From: Bdellovibrio sp.
Lineage (GTDB): Bacteria > Bdellovibrionota > Bdellovibrionia > Bdellovibrionales > Bdellovibrionaceae
Assembly (NCBI GenBank): GCA_036676395.1
Contig: JAKFCY010000002.1
Coordinates: forward strand, 64,001-128,000
Direction: 5' to 3'
Length of the DNA: 64,000 nucleotides
Shown one piece after another: positions 29,106 to 40,359 of the stretch. Within the stretch, counting starts at the first letter, position 1; each line of letters begins with the position of its first letter. A program made the translations under genes and the position numbers. The notes under the pieces are model-generated. The model worked only from the letters and a program-made list of their open reading frames with translations, was not told the DNA's origin and did no database searches.

Positions 29106-29750
29106 TTAAGCTGCTGACTTTTCATCAGAAGTTTTGTCAATAAGGTCGTCATTGGCATCTTTGTTTTTATAAACTTTTTGTAATTCAAATAATGAAGCGA
29201 AGCTAATTGGTTCTGGTACTAATATTTTTGCACGGCGATCAAAGTTATTATAACGGCTGGCGTGTTTACTTAAGGCTTTACTAACCATAACCATGTCGTT
29301 AATTAAACGCACGATATTGATTTCGTTTTTGAAATCAGTGCCCATAAAATCACATTTATCTGTATCGACTGCAGCTACATGTGCAGCTTCAGAATTTTTG
29401 TCGACATTTGCTAAATCAATAAAGCTATTAATTTTTCTGCAGAGGTCGATGTAATCCTGAAAGTCTGAGTTTTTTTCGAAACTTAAATCTGACAATTGCG
29501 TTAAGGTAATGTCGATGGGCTCACCCGTAGCAATACTTGCTGGGTATGTGGCTCTGAAACGCTTGGCTTTCTTTTTCACACGGTTTTTTAGATTGATTCG
29601 AAAGGCTGCCATTTTGGCTTCAACTTTTGAAATTTCATCGCGCAATGTGCGCTTTTTCATGCTTCGTAAAACATGCAAGACGATAAAGGTTCCAAAACCC
29701 ATAATCGTGATTTTAACTATTAAGCCGAGTAGAACTAATATGCCATCCAC
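29106..29750 (-). CDS. Hypothetical membrane-anchored protein
   Basis: N-terminal TM helix followed by a basic coiled coil. Confidence 0.7.
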   Translation of the reverse strand: MDGILVLLGLIVKITIMGFGTFIVLHVLRSMKKRTLRDEISKVEAKMAAFRINLKNRVKKKAKRFRATYPASIATGEPIDITLTQLSDLSFEKNSDFQDYIDLCRKINSFIDLANVDKNSEAAHVAAVDTDKCDFMGTDFKNEINIVRLINDMVMVSKALSKHASRYNNFDRRAKILVPEPISFASLFELQKVYKNKDANDDLIDKTSDEKSAA

Positions 29751-29907
29751 ATCTAATTCATCGGTTTCTTAGAGGTGAATATTTAATGCAGAATTCTTAA
29801 AATCAGGGGCCCTGCCATTAAAGCTCACTTTGAAACAATTTTTGTACAGTGACGATAAGTTTGACAGTGTTTGGCTGCTCAGACCCTCTTAAAATGAGAC
29901 GCTCATT

Positions 29908-29923
29908 TGGCTTAAGATGTGCT
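29908..29923 (+). promoter_or_regulatory. Putative sigma54 promoter
   Basis: TGGCTTAAGATGTGCT, 48 nt before the start. Confidence 0.55.
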
Positions 29924-29971
29924 TTGTAGTTCCTCGTTGAAGTTTATTAAAACCAATTGAGGGATTAGATT

Positions 29972-31123
29972 ATGAAAAAATTAAACGTTAAAGCAGCACT
30001 TGTTTTATCATTATTGGCTTTCTCTGCCTGTGATAAAGGTGGCGGTGGCTCAAGTACTCCACAAGTCGTGGGTGTGCCTGGTGTAACGCTTAGACAATAT
30101 AATGTGGTTGCCGGTCAAAACTGTAATGTTAATGGCGACAATACTTATGTATGTACTGAAAACGGCCGCTCAATCGGTAATATTGGTTACAGCAGCTTAC
30201 AAAATTTTTGTGAAGTCTTAATGAATGATCAAGCAAATGGATATGTGGCTCGTTACACGCGTCAAATGATGTATCAAGAGCAATGTTCTGGAGCGCAAAA
30301 TAACGGTTTTTGTGGTGCTGGCGCAGTTATGCAAAATGGCGTTTGTGTGAATAACAACGGAAACTTTCCGGGCACAATTAATCCAGGCAACGGAACTATT
30401 ATCAATGATCCAAATATGAAATCAGTATCTTGCCAACTGTATGTTAAAAAAGGCAATACGATGGGTGATACAGGTTTAATGAATGTACAAGTTATTCAAA
30501 ATAACCAATCTGGAGTAAATATTTTTGCGTTTACTAACGCTCAGTACAAAAAGAAATTTTTGGGCTTCATTAATGTACAAGGTAATAAATTTTCTAATTC
30601 TGAAAAATTAGCTAACGTAAAAATGTATTACACTAAAGAAACCGGTAAAGCTGATATGATCAAACTAGAAGCTACTGGAGTTGATGGAGAGTTAAGCGCG
30701 TCAGTAACTGGTTTTGCTGGTTCTGAAACTAAACTTGAGATCGCACCGCAAGATGAATACAGCGATGCAACAACACTTGGAATTTCTTGTGTGGCTCAAG
30801 GAGCTACAACTGGTAATGCTCAAGCTTACAAAGCTTACCGTTGTAAAGGTGAAGAAAAAGATGGAACTAAAGTAACTAAAATTGATTATGCAAGCCCCTA
30901 CAATGACGACATTATGAATCTGTCATTTGATTTAAGTAAGTCAGCAAAGTTACACACTGAAGGATCTCTTGCTACAGACGCAGGAACGGCAACGTTCGAG
31001 CAAATCGCACGTTACGGAATTGACTCTTCAGTTAGCACAAAATCAAACATCACCACGCCATCGTCTGTGAGTGTTCGTCGTGCAAATTACAAATTAAATG
31101 TTGAGTGTAAACCAGTTCAGTAG
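29972..31123 (+). CDS. Cys/Asn/Gly-rich lipoprotein
   Basis: Lipobox FSAC, multiple Cys, GAGG SD. Confidence 0.75.
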   Translation: MKKLNVKAALVLSLLAFSACDKGGGGSSTPQVVGVPGVTLRQYNVVAGQNCNVNGDNTYVCTENGRSIGNIGYSSLQNFCEVLMNDQANGYVARYTRQMMYQEQCSGAQNNGFCGAGAVMQNGVCVNNNGNFPGTINPGNGTIINDPNMKSVSCQLYVKKGNTMGDTGLMNVQVIQNNQSGVNIFAFTNAQYKKKFLGFINVQGNKFSNSEKLANVKMYYTKETGKADMIKLEATGVDGELSASVTGFAGSETKLEIAPQDEYSDATTLGISCVAQGATTGNAQAYKAYRCKGEEKDGTKVTKIDYASPYNDDIMNLSFDLSKSAKLHTEGSLATDAGTATFEQIARYGIDSSVSTKSNITTPSSVSVRRANYKLNVECKPVQ

Positions 31124-31168
31124 TTGTTAGTGGTCTGGTCTTTCGACCTAAAATTCGATGAAATTAAA

Positions 31169-31197
31169 CAAAGGGTCTTAGCAATAAGACCCTTTTG
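31169..31197 (+). terminator. Intrinsic terminator
   Basis: AAAGGGTCTTA-gcaa-TAAGACCCTTTT. Confidence 0.8.
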
Positions 31198-31269
31198 TCG
31201 TCTTATTGCGTTAAATATCTGTATTGACCATAAAATTCTAAATTCCTAGACTTAAACGATAGCAACTAG

Positions 31270-32340
<1,071 letters not shown>

Positions 32341-32349
32341 TATTGAAGA

Positions 32350-33681
32350 ATGCCGATTGAATCCTTCAAAAAACTTTGGGTAAGTTGCCACTTACTTTAT
32401 CCGAATCCATCGCAAGCGCGCGATATTTTCGGTTTGATTGTTGAATCAGGCATTGATCATAAAAGTTCTGCTTATGGCCAAGTTTTTCAGGGCCTTCAAA
32501 AATTATATAAAATTTATCGTCGTCGGATCCCGGTAAAATCGGGATCTAATAATTTTGAATTCACAATGACGCCAATGAATTATTGGAAGCGCGTCTTACA
32601 AAAATGCAATAAAGACGAAACCTTTATCGTGATGGTGATTCTTTTAGAATTAGCTACGTTTAAAGATATTTCGCGCATGACTCGTATTGCTGAAAGCAAA
32701 GTTAAATATTTATTTAATCAAAGTATTAAAAAAATGATTTCTTCGCCGGCCTTACGTTTCGAACAAAAAAAAGAAATTAAACTTAAAGAATACAACAGCC
32801 ACGATATAACAGCTTTATTTGTTAGTGAATATTTGATTGAACACACCTTGGGTTTAACCGAAGGTTCTGTGGCTGAAAAAATGGAAGCTAAGCTTAAAGA
32901 TAATAATCGCTATGCAGATTATCGTAGCGAAATTTTAAAATTTAAAGCCGAACTCGTTGATTTAACTGTCAGTCATCACTTTGATGAAGTGATGAAGATC
33001 TATGGTAATACAGCGCAGTTACAGAATTTAAAAAAATTAGAAGTTAAACAACAAAAAAGAATTTTTACAGGGCTCGTGTTTTTAATCATAATCGTCATCG
33101 GTTTGATTTTACGGCCATCATTTTTAAAAACTCCGATGAGCGAAATTAAAGCCACTAAAGTTGTTTTAGAAGAAATTGAAATTTCAAAAAAAGAGGCTCC
33201 TGAGGGCCAAGAAATATCAACTGCGGCAGCCACAACAAGTATGACAACCAGTGTTTCGATGCCTGTTGTGGTCAGCAACAAAGTGGCGGCCGTGATTTCG
33301 GCCCCAGTTGTAGCAAAAGCAAAACCAATCATTACCGCAGCCACCCAAAAGAATACGACGGCTTCGGCGCCGGGGAAAATGGTTGCGACGACCGGAGTCT
33401 ACCGCGGTACTATTACTGTGACAGATTTCGAACAGGTCACATCTATTATTCGTGACCGTGTTATTGCTGTCGGTGGTAAAAAAGCCGGCGAAGTTGAGTT
33501 AGGTTGGATTAAAAATCAGAACATTAGTTATTTTCATTTTATTTTTCCGACTGAAAAACGTGAAGAAATCGTAACTTTTATTCAGCAGTACGGAAATTTA
33601 AAATATAAATTTGAGCCCCATCCGCGAGTGCTGCCGCTAGGTCAAAGTCGTTTTATTATCGAGGTACGTAAAGGTGAGTAA
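32350..33681 (+). CDS. Membrane protein with degenerate sigma4-like and anti-sigma-like N-terminal parts
   Basis: HTH-like TFKDISRMTRIAESKVKYLF, one TM helix, Ala/Thr/Val linker, C-terminal domain. Confidence 0.55.
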   Translation: MPIESFKKLWVSCHLLYPNPSQARDIFGLIVESGIDHKSSAYGQVFQGLQKLYKIYRRRIPVKSGSNNFEFTMTPMNYWKRVLQKCNKDETFIVMVILLELATFKDISRMTRIAESKVKYLFNQSIKKMISSPALRFEQKKEIKLKEYNSHDITALFVSEYLIEHTLGLTEGSVAEKMEAKLKDNNRYADYRSEILKFKAELVDLTVSHHFDEVMKIYGNTAQLQNLKKLEVKQQKRIFTGLVFLIIIVIGLILRPSFLKTPMSEIKATKVVLEEIEISKKEAPEGQEISTAAATTSMTTSVSMPVVVSNKVAAVISAPVVAKAKPIITAATQKNTTASAPGKMVATTGVYRGTITVTDFEQVTSIIRDRVIAVGGKKAGEVELGWIKNQNISYFHFIFPTEKREEIVTFIQQYGNLKYKFEPHPRVLPLGQSRFIIEVRKGE

Positions 33682-35614
33682 AAAGAAAACTTCAACTTTA
33701 GGTAAGAATTATCGCTCGTTAAGATCAATTTTAATTGTCTGGTTTACCTTGTTTTCGATTATTCCTTTATTGTTTGTTGGTTGGTATTCAGTTTTTAAAT
33801 TCGAAAAAGCCTTTGACCAGGAAGTTTCTCAGCGTTTACAGGGTAATGGCCGCGAAATAGAATCGATCTTGGCTGATTATTATCGCGCAGTGCAAACACA
33901 AAAAGACCGTTATGCGATTGACCCCCAGGTGGCGGCATCGCTGGCTATGGCCGACCGGGGCTCATTAAATAGTATTTCTATTGATTGGATTAGCCGAAGC
34001 CCGATTACAGCGCTGTCTTTTTATGACCGCGACGGGCGTTTGATCACCACTTCGTATCGTGATGATAAGAATCAGATTCGCCATTTTGAATTGACGGCCG
34101 AAAAGATTTTATTAAATGAAAAATATTTATCAAATTTAAAAGACAAAACAGACATTGGCTTTGTTGATGAATCAAAAACCAAGGTGTCATTAATTTTATT
34201 TTCAAAAGTGATGAATGCTAATGGTAAACACGTTGGTTATTTTGAACAAATCATAGAATTAAAAGAATCATTTTTAACGCGTGTTCGCTCGCGTTTAAAA
34301 ATCGAATCATTTTTAATTTCAGATAAAAAAGAAATGATCGCGGCATCACGTAATGAATTTCGTGGAATCAACTTAGTTGGCAGCAAAATTTCTGATGATA
34401 AGTTAGTTGATTATAATCTTTATAATCAAAATTACGGCTTTATTTTGTACCCCTTAAGCTGGGATAGATCAAAATTCTTTATCGGTCTTGGAACCTTAAA
34501 AAAAGATTCGCAAGCCATCTTAAAAAACGTAAACATCGCTTTCGTGACAGTCGTTTCAGTAGTTTCGGTGTTTCTGATTCTAACAATTTTAATCACTACG
34601 AACTGGTTCTTAAAACCGGTTGAACGTTTAATGAATGGATTTAAATCGTTTGATCGCAACGAACAGCTGACCCAGCTTCCGGTAAATAATAAAACCGAAA
34701 TTGGTCTGTTAACCGAAGCTTTCAATGAAATGAGTTATAAAGTATTTCAGGCGCGAATGGATTTGCGCAAAAAAATCAAAGAGCTTGAAAAAACAAATTC
34801 TGAACTTGTTGAAGCCCAAACCAAACTCGTTCATTCGGCGAAAATGACAAGCTTAGGTCAGCTTGTGGCCGGTGTTGCGCATGAATTAAATAACCCGATA
34901 GGCTTTATTTACAGTAATATGACACATTTAAAAGAATACACGGATAACCTGTTTAATGTGATTGATTCAGTTAAAGATCAAGACCCAGAAGTTCGTAAAA
35001 AAATCTCTGATATGGATTACGAATTCGTCAAATCAGATCTGCCTAGGTTAATTAAGTCTTGCCAAGACGGTGCACAAAGAACCCGTGATATCGTGATTGG
35101 TCTGCGCAACTTCTCGCGTTTAGAAGAGGCCCAGCTTAAAGAAATCGATATTCAGGAATCTTTAGACACCACGCTTGAAATTTTACAAAGTGAAATTAAA
35201 AACCGGATTGTCGTGCATAAACAGTATGAGCCTATCCCAAAAGTATTGTGTTTTGCTTCGCAAATTAACCAGGTTTTCATGAATATTTTAGCTAATGCCT
35301 TGCAGGCGATTAAAGATAACGGCGAAATCTGGATTACGACGATCCCGTTAAAAGCTGGCCCTGATCAAATCGGCAGAGTGCAAATTTCTGTGCAGGATTC
35401 TGGATCTGGAATGGACGCGCAAACTTTAGAAAAAATCTTTGAACCATTCTTCACGACCAAAGGTGTAGGGCAAGGCACGGGGTTGGGATTAAGTATTTCA
35501 TACGGAATTATCCAAAATCATGGCGGCGAGATTCAGGTGCGGTCACAAAAAGGGGTAGGCACTGAGTTCGTAATTATTATTCCGATCAACCCGCCAAAAA
35601 ATTTGCGCGTTTGA
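33674..35614 (+). CDS. Sensor histidine kinase (HAMP, NtrB-like)
   Basis: Two TM helices, HAMP, LGQLVAGVAHELNNP, NQVFMN, FFTTK..GQGTGLGL. Confidence 0.93.
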   Translation: MSKKKTSTLGKNYRSLRSILIVWFTLFSIIPLLFVGWYSVFKFEKAFDQEVSQRLQGNGREIESILADYYRAVQTQKDRYAIDPQVAASLAMADRGSLNSISIDWISRSPITALSFYDRDGRLITTSYRDDKNQIRHFELTAEKILLNEKYLSNLKDKTDIGFVDESKTKVSLILFSKVMNANGKHVGYFEQIIELKESFLTRVRSRLKIESFLISDKKEMIAASRNEFRGINLVGSKISDDKLVDYNLYNQNYGFILYPLSWDRSKFFIGLGTLKKDSQAILKNVNIAFVTVVSVVSVFLILTILITTNWFLKPVERLMNGFKSFDRNEQLTQLPVNNKTEIGLLTEAFNEMSYKVFQARMDLRKKIKELEKTNSELVEAQTKLVHSAKMTSLGQLVAGVAHELNNPIGFIYSNMTHLKEYTDNLFNVIDSVKDQDPEVRKKISDMDYEFVKSDLPRLIKSCQDGAQRTRDIVIGLRNFSRLEEAQLKEIDIQESLDTTLEILQSEIKNRIVVHKQYEPIPKVLCFASQINQVFMNILANALQAIKDNGEIWITTIPLKAGPDQIGRVQISVQDSGSGMDAQTLEKIFEPFFTTKGVGQGTGLGLSISYGIIQNHGGEIQVRSQKGVGTEFVIIIPINPPKNLRV

Positions 35615-35644
35615 TTCAAACTGAGACAGGCCGCTAAACTATTT

Positions 35645-35671
35645 TAAGTTCATCCGGGTTTATGCCGATAA
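35645..35671 (+). promoter_or_regulatory. Putative sigma28 (FliA) promoter
   Basis: TAAG-N15-GCCGATAA. Confidence 0.72.
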
Positions 35672-35678
35672 GCTAGAC

Positions 35679-36239
35679 GTGCAAGGCATCAATAAATTTC
35701 TTAATTTAGTGATCATTTTAGGTTGTGTGGTAATCGGTTATTTTTTTTATCAAGCCAAAACTGAAAATGATAAATCAGTTCGAGCTCAGCAGCATTCTGC
35801 AGAGCAAAGTTCTGTGCGCCCTGCAATGGATCCGCAAGATTTAGCCAATAAATATCTGCAGCAAGCCCAGCAAAATTTAGCAGCTGATAAGATCAAGGCC
35901 GAGATCAACATTAAAAAAGCAATGATAGAATCTCAACAAGCACATAATCCAAAAGTCGTTGAAACCGATCCATCTAAGGTGCCAATTGATCAACAGATTT
36001 GGAAAGACCCAGTTGAGCAAAAGCCGCTTGATCAGCGCTATTCAGAACATTTAGCTCCTAAAAATGGTGAAATCGACAAACAAGAATACATTCGTCAATT
36101 TAAAGAAAATGCGCGCAAAAATGGTTACGAAATCACGGTGAACGACGATCTTGAAGTTACAAGCGTTACACCAATTCGTAAACCCCAAAATTCAAAAAAC
36201 GACTATGATTCAAATGGTTCGTCTGAATCAGAATACTAG
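35679..36239 (+). CDS. Hypothetical membrane-anchored protein
   Basis: N-terminal TM, coiled coil, YIRQFKENARKNGY. Confidence 0.7.
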   Translation: MQGINKFLNLVIILGCVVIGYFFYQAKTENDKSVRAQQHSAEQSSVRPAMDPQDLANKYLQQAQQNLAADKIKAEINIKKAMIESQQAHNPKVVETDPSKVPIDQQIWKDPVEQKPLDQRYSEHLAPKNGEIDKQEYIRQFKENARKNGYEITVNDDLEVTSVTPIRKPQNSKNDYDSNGSSESEY

Positions 36240-36260
36240 TTATCTGCTTTCAGCAGAATA

Positions 36261-36677
36261 CTAAAACAGTTTAGCATCACTAAAACTAAAATACTTATCC
36301 TGCGTGTAAATCATGTGATCTAGGATGGGAATTTCTAATAACTTTGCACATCGTAATAGTTTTTTTGTAATGCGAACATCTTCAAGCGATGGTTCAACGC
36401 TTTGGCTGGTGTGATTATGCGCAATAATCATCGCATAGCAGTTTGCATGCACAGCTTCGCGAAACAAATCGCGCGGATGAATCTTGCACGAATTCAGTGT
36501 TCCCTTGTGCACCATGACGGTTTTTATGAGTTCCATCTGATGTGTTAAGTACACACCCCAGAATTCTTCGGCATGGGGGTTAAAGTTAGGTCGTAGCAGT
36601 TCAAATACTTTTTGAGCATTATCGATAATCTGATTAGGTTTGGCGCTGAAATCGTTATCGGTGGGGATCTTAGTCAT
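36261..36677 (-). CDS. radC: RadC-like JAB domain protein
   Basis: EEF, HPRDLF, HNHTS..PS.ED, LDH. Confidence 0.85.
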   Translation of the reverse strand: MTKIPTDNDFSAKPNQIIDNAQKVFELLRPNFNPHAEEFWGVYLTHQMELIKTVMVHKGTLNSCKIHPRDLFREAVHANCYAMIIAHNHTSQSVEPSLEDVRITKKLLRCAKLLEIPILDHMIYTQDKYFSFSDAKLF

Positions 36678-36805
36678 AATGGCTTTTTAGCAACATAACG
36701 ACCTAAGTGAGGCAAATTATATTGTTTGTCGCACTTGATTATCGTCCGGAAGATCGCTTCTCGTTTTCATTCGGATCGTCTATGATTATTAGCAAGAGGT
36801 ACATC

Positions 36806-37396
36806 ATGAAAACTTTTGTTCTACTTGTTATTGTTTCTTTATCTATTTTATCGTGCGGTCCGAAAGCGTTTGTAAAAGGCACTTACGAAGATCCACAAAA
36901 AGAAAATCTTTTAAATGACCAATGGTCTGAAACAGACATGCAAGTCATGGTGAAAGAACTTGTGGCTTCAATGTTAGCTCATCCAGTGATTGCTAACGCA
37001 AAAACTCCACCGGTTGTGATGTTCACTAAGCTTAAAAACGATACGAGCGATCATATCGATACACAAAGCATTATCGACATGATGGCGGTTGAGCTTGGTA
37101 ACACAGGTAAAATCGTATTCGTAAATAAAGAAGCGCGTGATGACGTTGCAGACGAATATAACTATCAAAACTCGGGAATGGTTTCTGCTGAAACTAAAAA
37201 AGGGCCGGGCGGGCAAACTGGAGCAGATTACTTCATTGATGGACGTATCGCTTCGATCACTCAGCAAGTAGATAAAGATAAGACTGTGTATTACAAGCTT
37301 ACTTTGAGTTTAACGAATCTTCAAAAGAACACGAAGGTTTGGTCTAATCATAAAGAGATTCGTAAGAAGTTTAAGAAGAAAACTATTGGTTTATAA
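36806..37396 (+). CDS. lpoB: Penicillin-binding protein activator LpoB lipoprotein
   Basis: Lipobox LSC, NDTSDHIDT, GADYFIDG.I, YYKLTLSL; ATG 36806 with GAGG SD. Confidence 0.82.
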   Translation: MKTFVLLVIVSLSILSCGPKAFVKGTYEDPQKENLLNDQWSETDMQVMVKELVASMLAHPVIANAKTPPVVMFTKLKNDTSDHIDTQSIIDMMAVELGNTGKIVFVNKEARDDVADEYNYQNSGMVSAETKKGPGGQTGADYFIDGRIASITQQVDKDKTVYYKLTLSLTNLQKNTKVWSNHKEIRKKFKKKTIGL

Positions 37397-37405
37397 TTGA
37401 TCAAG

Positions 37406-37437
37406 AAGGCTCTGACTCAGTCAGGGCTTTTTTTTTT
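37406..37437 (+). terminator. Intrinsic terminator
   Basis: GGCTCTGAC-tca-GTCAGGGCT + T10. Confidence 0.85.
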
Positions 37438-37523
37438 ACCTTTAAATCACAGCATTTTATCTGATTTTTAGCGCAAGAAAGATAAAGCGAAGTGGGAACT
37501 TCGTAAGATTCAGTTTTAGTTAC

Positions 37524-37548
37524 AAAAAAGCCGGCTTTTGGCCGGCTT
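37524..37548 (-). terminator. Intrinsic terminator
   Basis: AAGCCGGC-caaaa-GCCGGCTTTTTT on the minus strand. Confidence 0.8.
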
Positions 37549-37553
37549 AGTAA

Positions 37554-38126
37554 TTACTGATTAAAATTTTGATTGCTGCTAGTTGGAAGAGGAAGATTTG
37601 GTGTCTCTTCTTCTTGGCTCGAACCAGGAAGCACAGTCGCTTTTTCAGCTACAACTTTTGAAGTTGCGTCTGCCGTATTTAAACGGGCAGCTGAAGCTAC
37701 GCGGTTTTCCAAGTTTTGCTTAATATCATCAGTTGATGCTCTTTCAACATTTACAGTTACAGCAGCTTGTTTAGTCATGTAGTCGATTGGGAATGCGCCC
37801 AATTTAGCTAAATAACTAGAAATGCTTCCGTTACCATGTTGAATGATTTCGCGTAATGTGAAAAGCGGAGCGTACTGAGAAGCTTTTTTCTCTGATTCAA
37901 AAATGATCTGAGTTAAAGTTGCTGCAGTAATATCATTTTTCGACTTATTGTCGATAACCATCACTTCTTCGTTAGAGCGAATCATCTTCGCGATATCATC
38001 CAGCGTTACGTAACAGCTTTGTTTAGTGTCATAAAGCTTACGATTTTGATAGCGCTTGATAATCTTAACTTTTGCGCTTGGTTTTGTGTTCAAACTATCC
38101 ATTTGATTCATCACAACGGCCTCCAT
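37554..38126 (-). CDS. PhaR-like (PHB accumulation regulator N-terminal DNA-binding domain) protein
   Basis: IIKRYQNRKLYDT..SCYVTL, DIT..TLTQII.E. Confidence 0.88.
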   Translation of the reverse strand: MEAVVMNQMDSLNTKPSAKVKIIKRYQNRKLYDTKQSCYVTLDDIAKMIRSNEEVMVIDNKSKNDITAATLTQIIFESEKKASQYAPLFTLREIIQHGNGSISSYLAKLGAFPIDYMTKQAAVTVNVERASTDDIKQNLENRVASAARLNTADATSKVVAEKATVLPGSSQEEETPNLPLPTSSNQNFNQ

Positions 38127-38535
38127 TTGCCCAGGCTAGTAACTTAATTTCAGACCTTAAAGAGCTAAACAAGATGAAGATTTCTAAAGCCTAAAACTGA
38201 AGCTTTTCGCCTATTTATTCGATGGCAAGTTAGCCCTGGCGCCACCCTATGTCAAGTAAGTCGACGGTTTATATAAGTGAATAGGTTAAATGACGGAGTA
38301 TGCCTAAATGCCTTATAATTAAGGTCATTTTTACCCTACCCAAGATGAAATAAAACTTAGTCTTTTCAGACACTTAAGTATAAATAAAAAATGGTCTAGT
38401 TTTTTCTTAAATTTTTCTTAAAAGCCGTTGACTCAAATTTTGGGGTCTAGTTTTGCGAAATCATCACACATTCCAACGCTCTAGACTCGAGCATCTGAGC
38501 GGTTTCTGCCGATAAATCCCGTAATAGGAGTGTTC

Positions 38536-40359
38536 ATGAAAACTCTCAAAATTTCGGGCGTACTAAGTTTGTTTTTTATTACAGCGTGTGTTTCGACACC
38601 GTACCCCTACTATGACTCGTCGATGAATGATCATAACCGTGCACCAGCGTCACTGGGTGTTCCGCAGAGTGCGTCAGAGATTGATGAAAGCAGTGTTGAA
38701 AAACAAGCGCAGGCAGACTTTTTATTTTTAAAAGCAGATTTAGAATCTTCAGATGGCGAACAGGCGTCATCGATTGAATATTTAAAATCGGCAATTCAAA
38801 TTGATCCAGACTCTGTGGTTTTGATGCAGAAGCTTTCTGTCGAGTATTACAAAAAAGGGCAGGTCAGTGACGCGATCTATTGGATTTCAAAAGCTTTAGA
38901 TAAAGATCCAAAAAGAAAAGATAACCTTTTGCTTTATGGTTCGATGTTAATGGCCAAAAAAGAGTTCGATAAAGCTGAAGTGGCATATAGTAAAATAATC
39001 AAGAATTACCCTAATGATGCAGAAGCTTATTTGTACTTAGGCGCATTACACTCTGAGAAAAACGATTTCACAAAAGCACATAAGTATTTTAGCAAAGTGA
39101 TCACAATCGGCACTTATGAGCCAAAACATTTACCGTATTACTATCGTGCACGTTCAATTTTAGATTCTGGCAAAAAAGAATTATTTGGTTCGGCAAAAAA
39201 AGATTTAACTAAAGTATTTGAACAAAAACCGGATTTTTTAGAAGCGATTCAGATTTATTCAAGCATCGTTGAAAAAACCGAAGGCAAACAAGCGGTTTTT
39301 AAATTCTACATTGATTATCAAAAAAAATACGGTTCTGTGACTCGTTTAGCTGAAGTCTTATCGCAGTATTACATTGAAAAAGATCAATATGATAAAGCTT
39401 ACGAACAACTAGAGTTCATCGAAGCTAACACTGATGATCCAATTCAAGTTAAATTAAAAATGGCTTTAATCCTAATCGATAAAAAGAATTATGGTAAGGC
39501 GATGACTAAACTTGAAGAGCTAAATGTGGTTGTGCCCGAGTCAGATAAAGTGAAATTCTATTTATCTGCTGTTTATGAAGAACTAAAACAACCAGAAAAA
39601 GCTATTCAAAGTTATTTGTCGATTCAGCCTACAAGCAATCATTATGATGATGCTCGTGTGCGTGCTGCGTTTTTACTTAAAAATACACAACAATTAGATA
39701 AAGCTTTAAAAACAATGAAAGACGCTGTAGCCAATAAAAAAGAAAATTTACAGCTTCATTTTATGTTGGCGCAGATCCAAGAAGACAGTACTCAGTATAC
39801 TGACGCTGTTGTAACTTTAAAAAAAGCTGATGATCAGTTTCCAAAAAACACGCAAGTGCATTACTTTTTAGGAACATTATATGATCGTCTTGAGAAAAAA
39901 GATTTAATGCTTAAACATATGCGCCAAGCGGTAAGTTATGATGATAAAAATCATCAAGCTATGAATTACGTAGCGTATTCGATCACTGAAATGGGTGGCG
40001 ATTTAGCTGAAGCTGAACAATTAGCTTTAAAAGCCTATGCTTTACAAAAAGATGATGCATTTATTATCGATACTTTAGGTTGGGTGTATTACAAAAAAGG
40101 CGAATACGTAAAAGCTTTAAATTATATCGAAAAAGCACATGAGCTTTCACCAGATGTTGGTGTCATTGCTGAGCACTTGGGTGATGTGTACTTAAAACTT
40201 CAAAAAGATGATAAAGCCCGTAACGCTTATTTAAGAGCGCGTAAAGAAGAAAAAGACACAGCTCGTCTGAAAACTTTAGACGGAAAAATCACTTCGCTTG
40301 AACAATTGGATTCGTCTTCGAAACGTAGCCCAGCTTCGTCTGATACTTCTTACCCATAA
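38536..40359 (+). CDS. TPR-repeat lipoprotein
   Basis: Lipobox ITAC, many TPRs, AMNYVAYS, IDTLGWVYYK, EHLGDVY. Confidence 0.9.
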   Translation: MKTLKISGVLSLFFITACVSTPYPYYDSSMNDHNRAPASLGVPQSASEIDESSVEKQAQADFLFLKADLESSDGEQASSIEYLKSAIQIDPDSVVLMQKLSVEYYKKGQVSDAIYWISKALDKDPKRKDNLLLYGSMLMAKKEFDKAEVAYSKIIKNYPNDAEAYLYLGALHSEKNDFTKAHKYFSKVITIGTYEPKHLPYYYRARSILDSGKKELFGSAKKDLTKVFEQKPDFLEAIQIYSSIVEKTEGKQAVFKFYIDYQKKYGSVTRLAEVLSQYYIEKDQYDKAYEQLEFIEANTDDPIQVKLKMALILIDKKNYGKAMTKLEELNVVVPESDKVKFYLSAVYEELKQPEKAIQSYLSIQPTSNHYDDARVRAAFLLKNTQQLDKALKTMKDAVANKKENLQLHFMLAQIQEDSTQYTDAVVTLKKADDQFPKNTQVHYFLGTLYDRLEKKDLMLKHMRQAVSYDDKNHQAMNYVAYSITEMGGDLAEAEQLALKAYALQKDDAFIIDTLGWVYYKKGEYVKALNYIEKAHELSPDVGVIAEHLGDVYLKLQKDDKARNAYLRARKEEKDTARLKTLDGKITSLEQLDSSSKRSPASSDTSYP

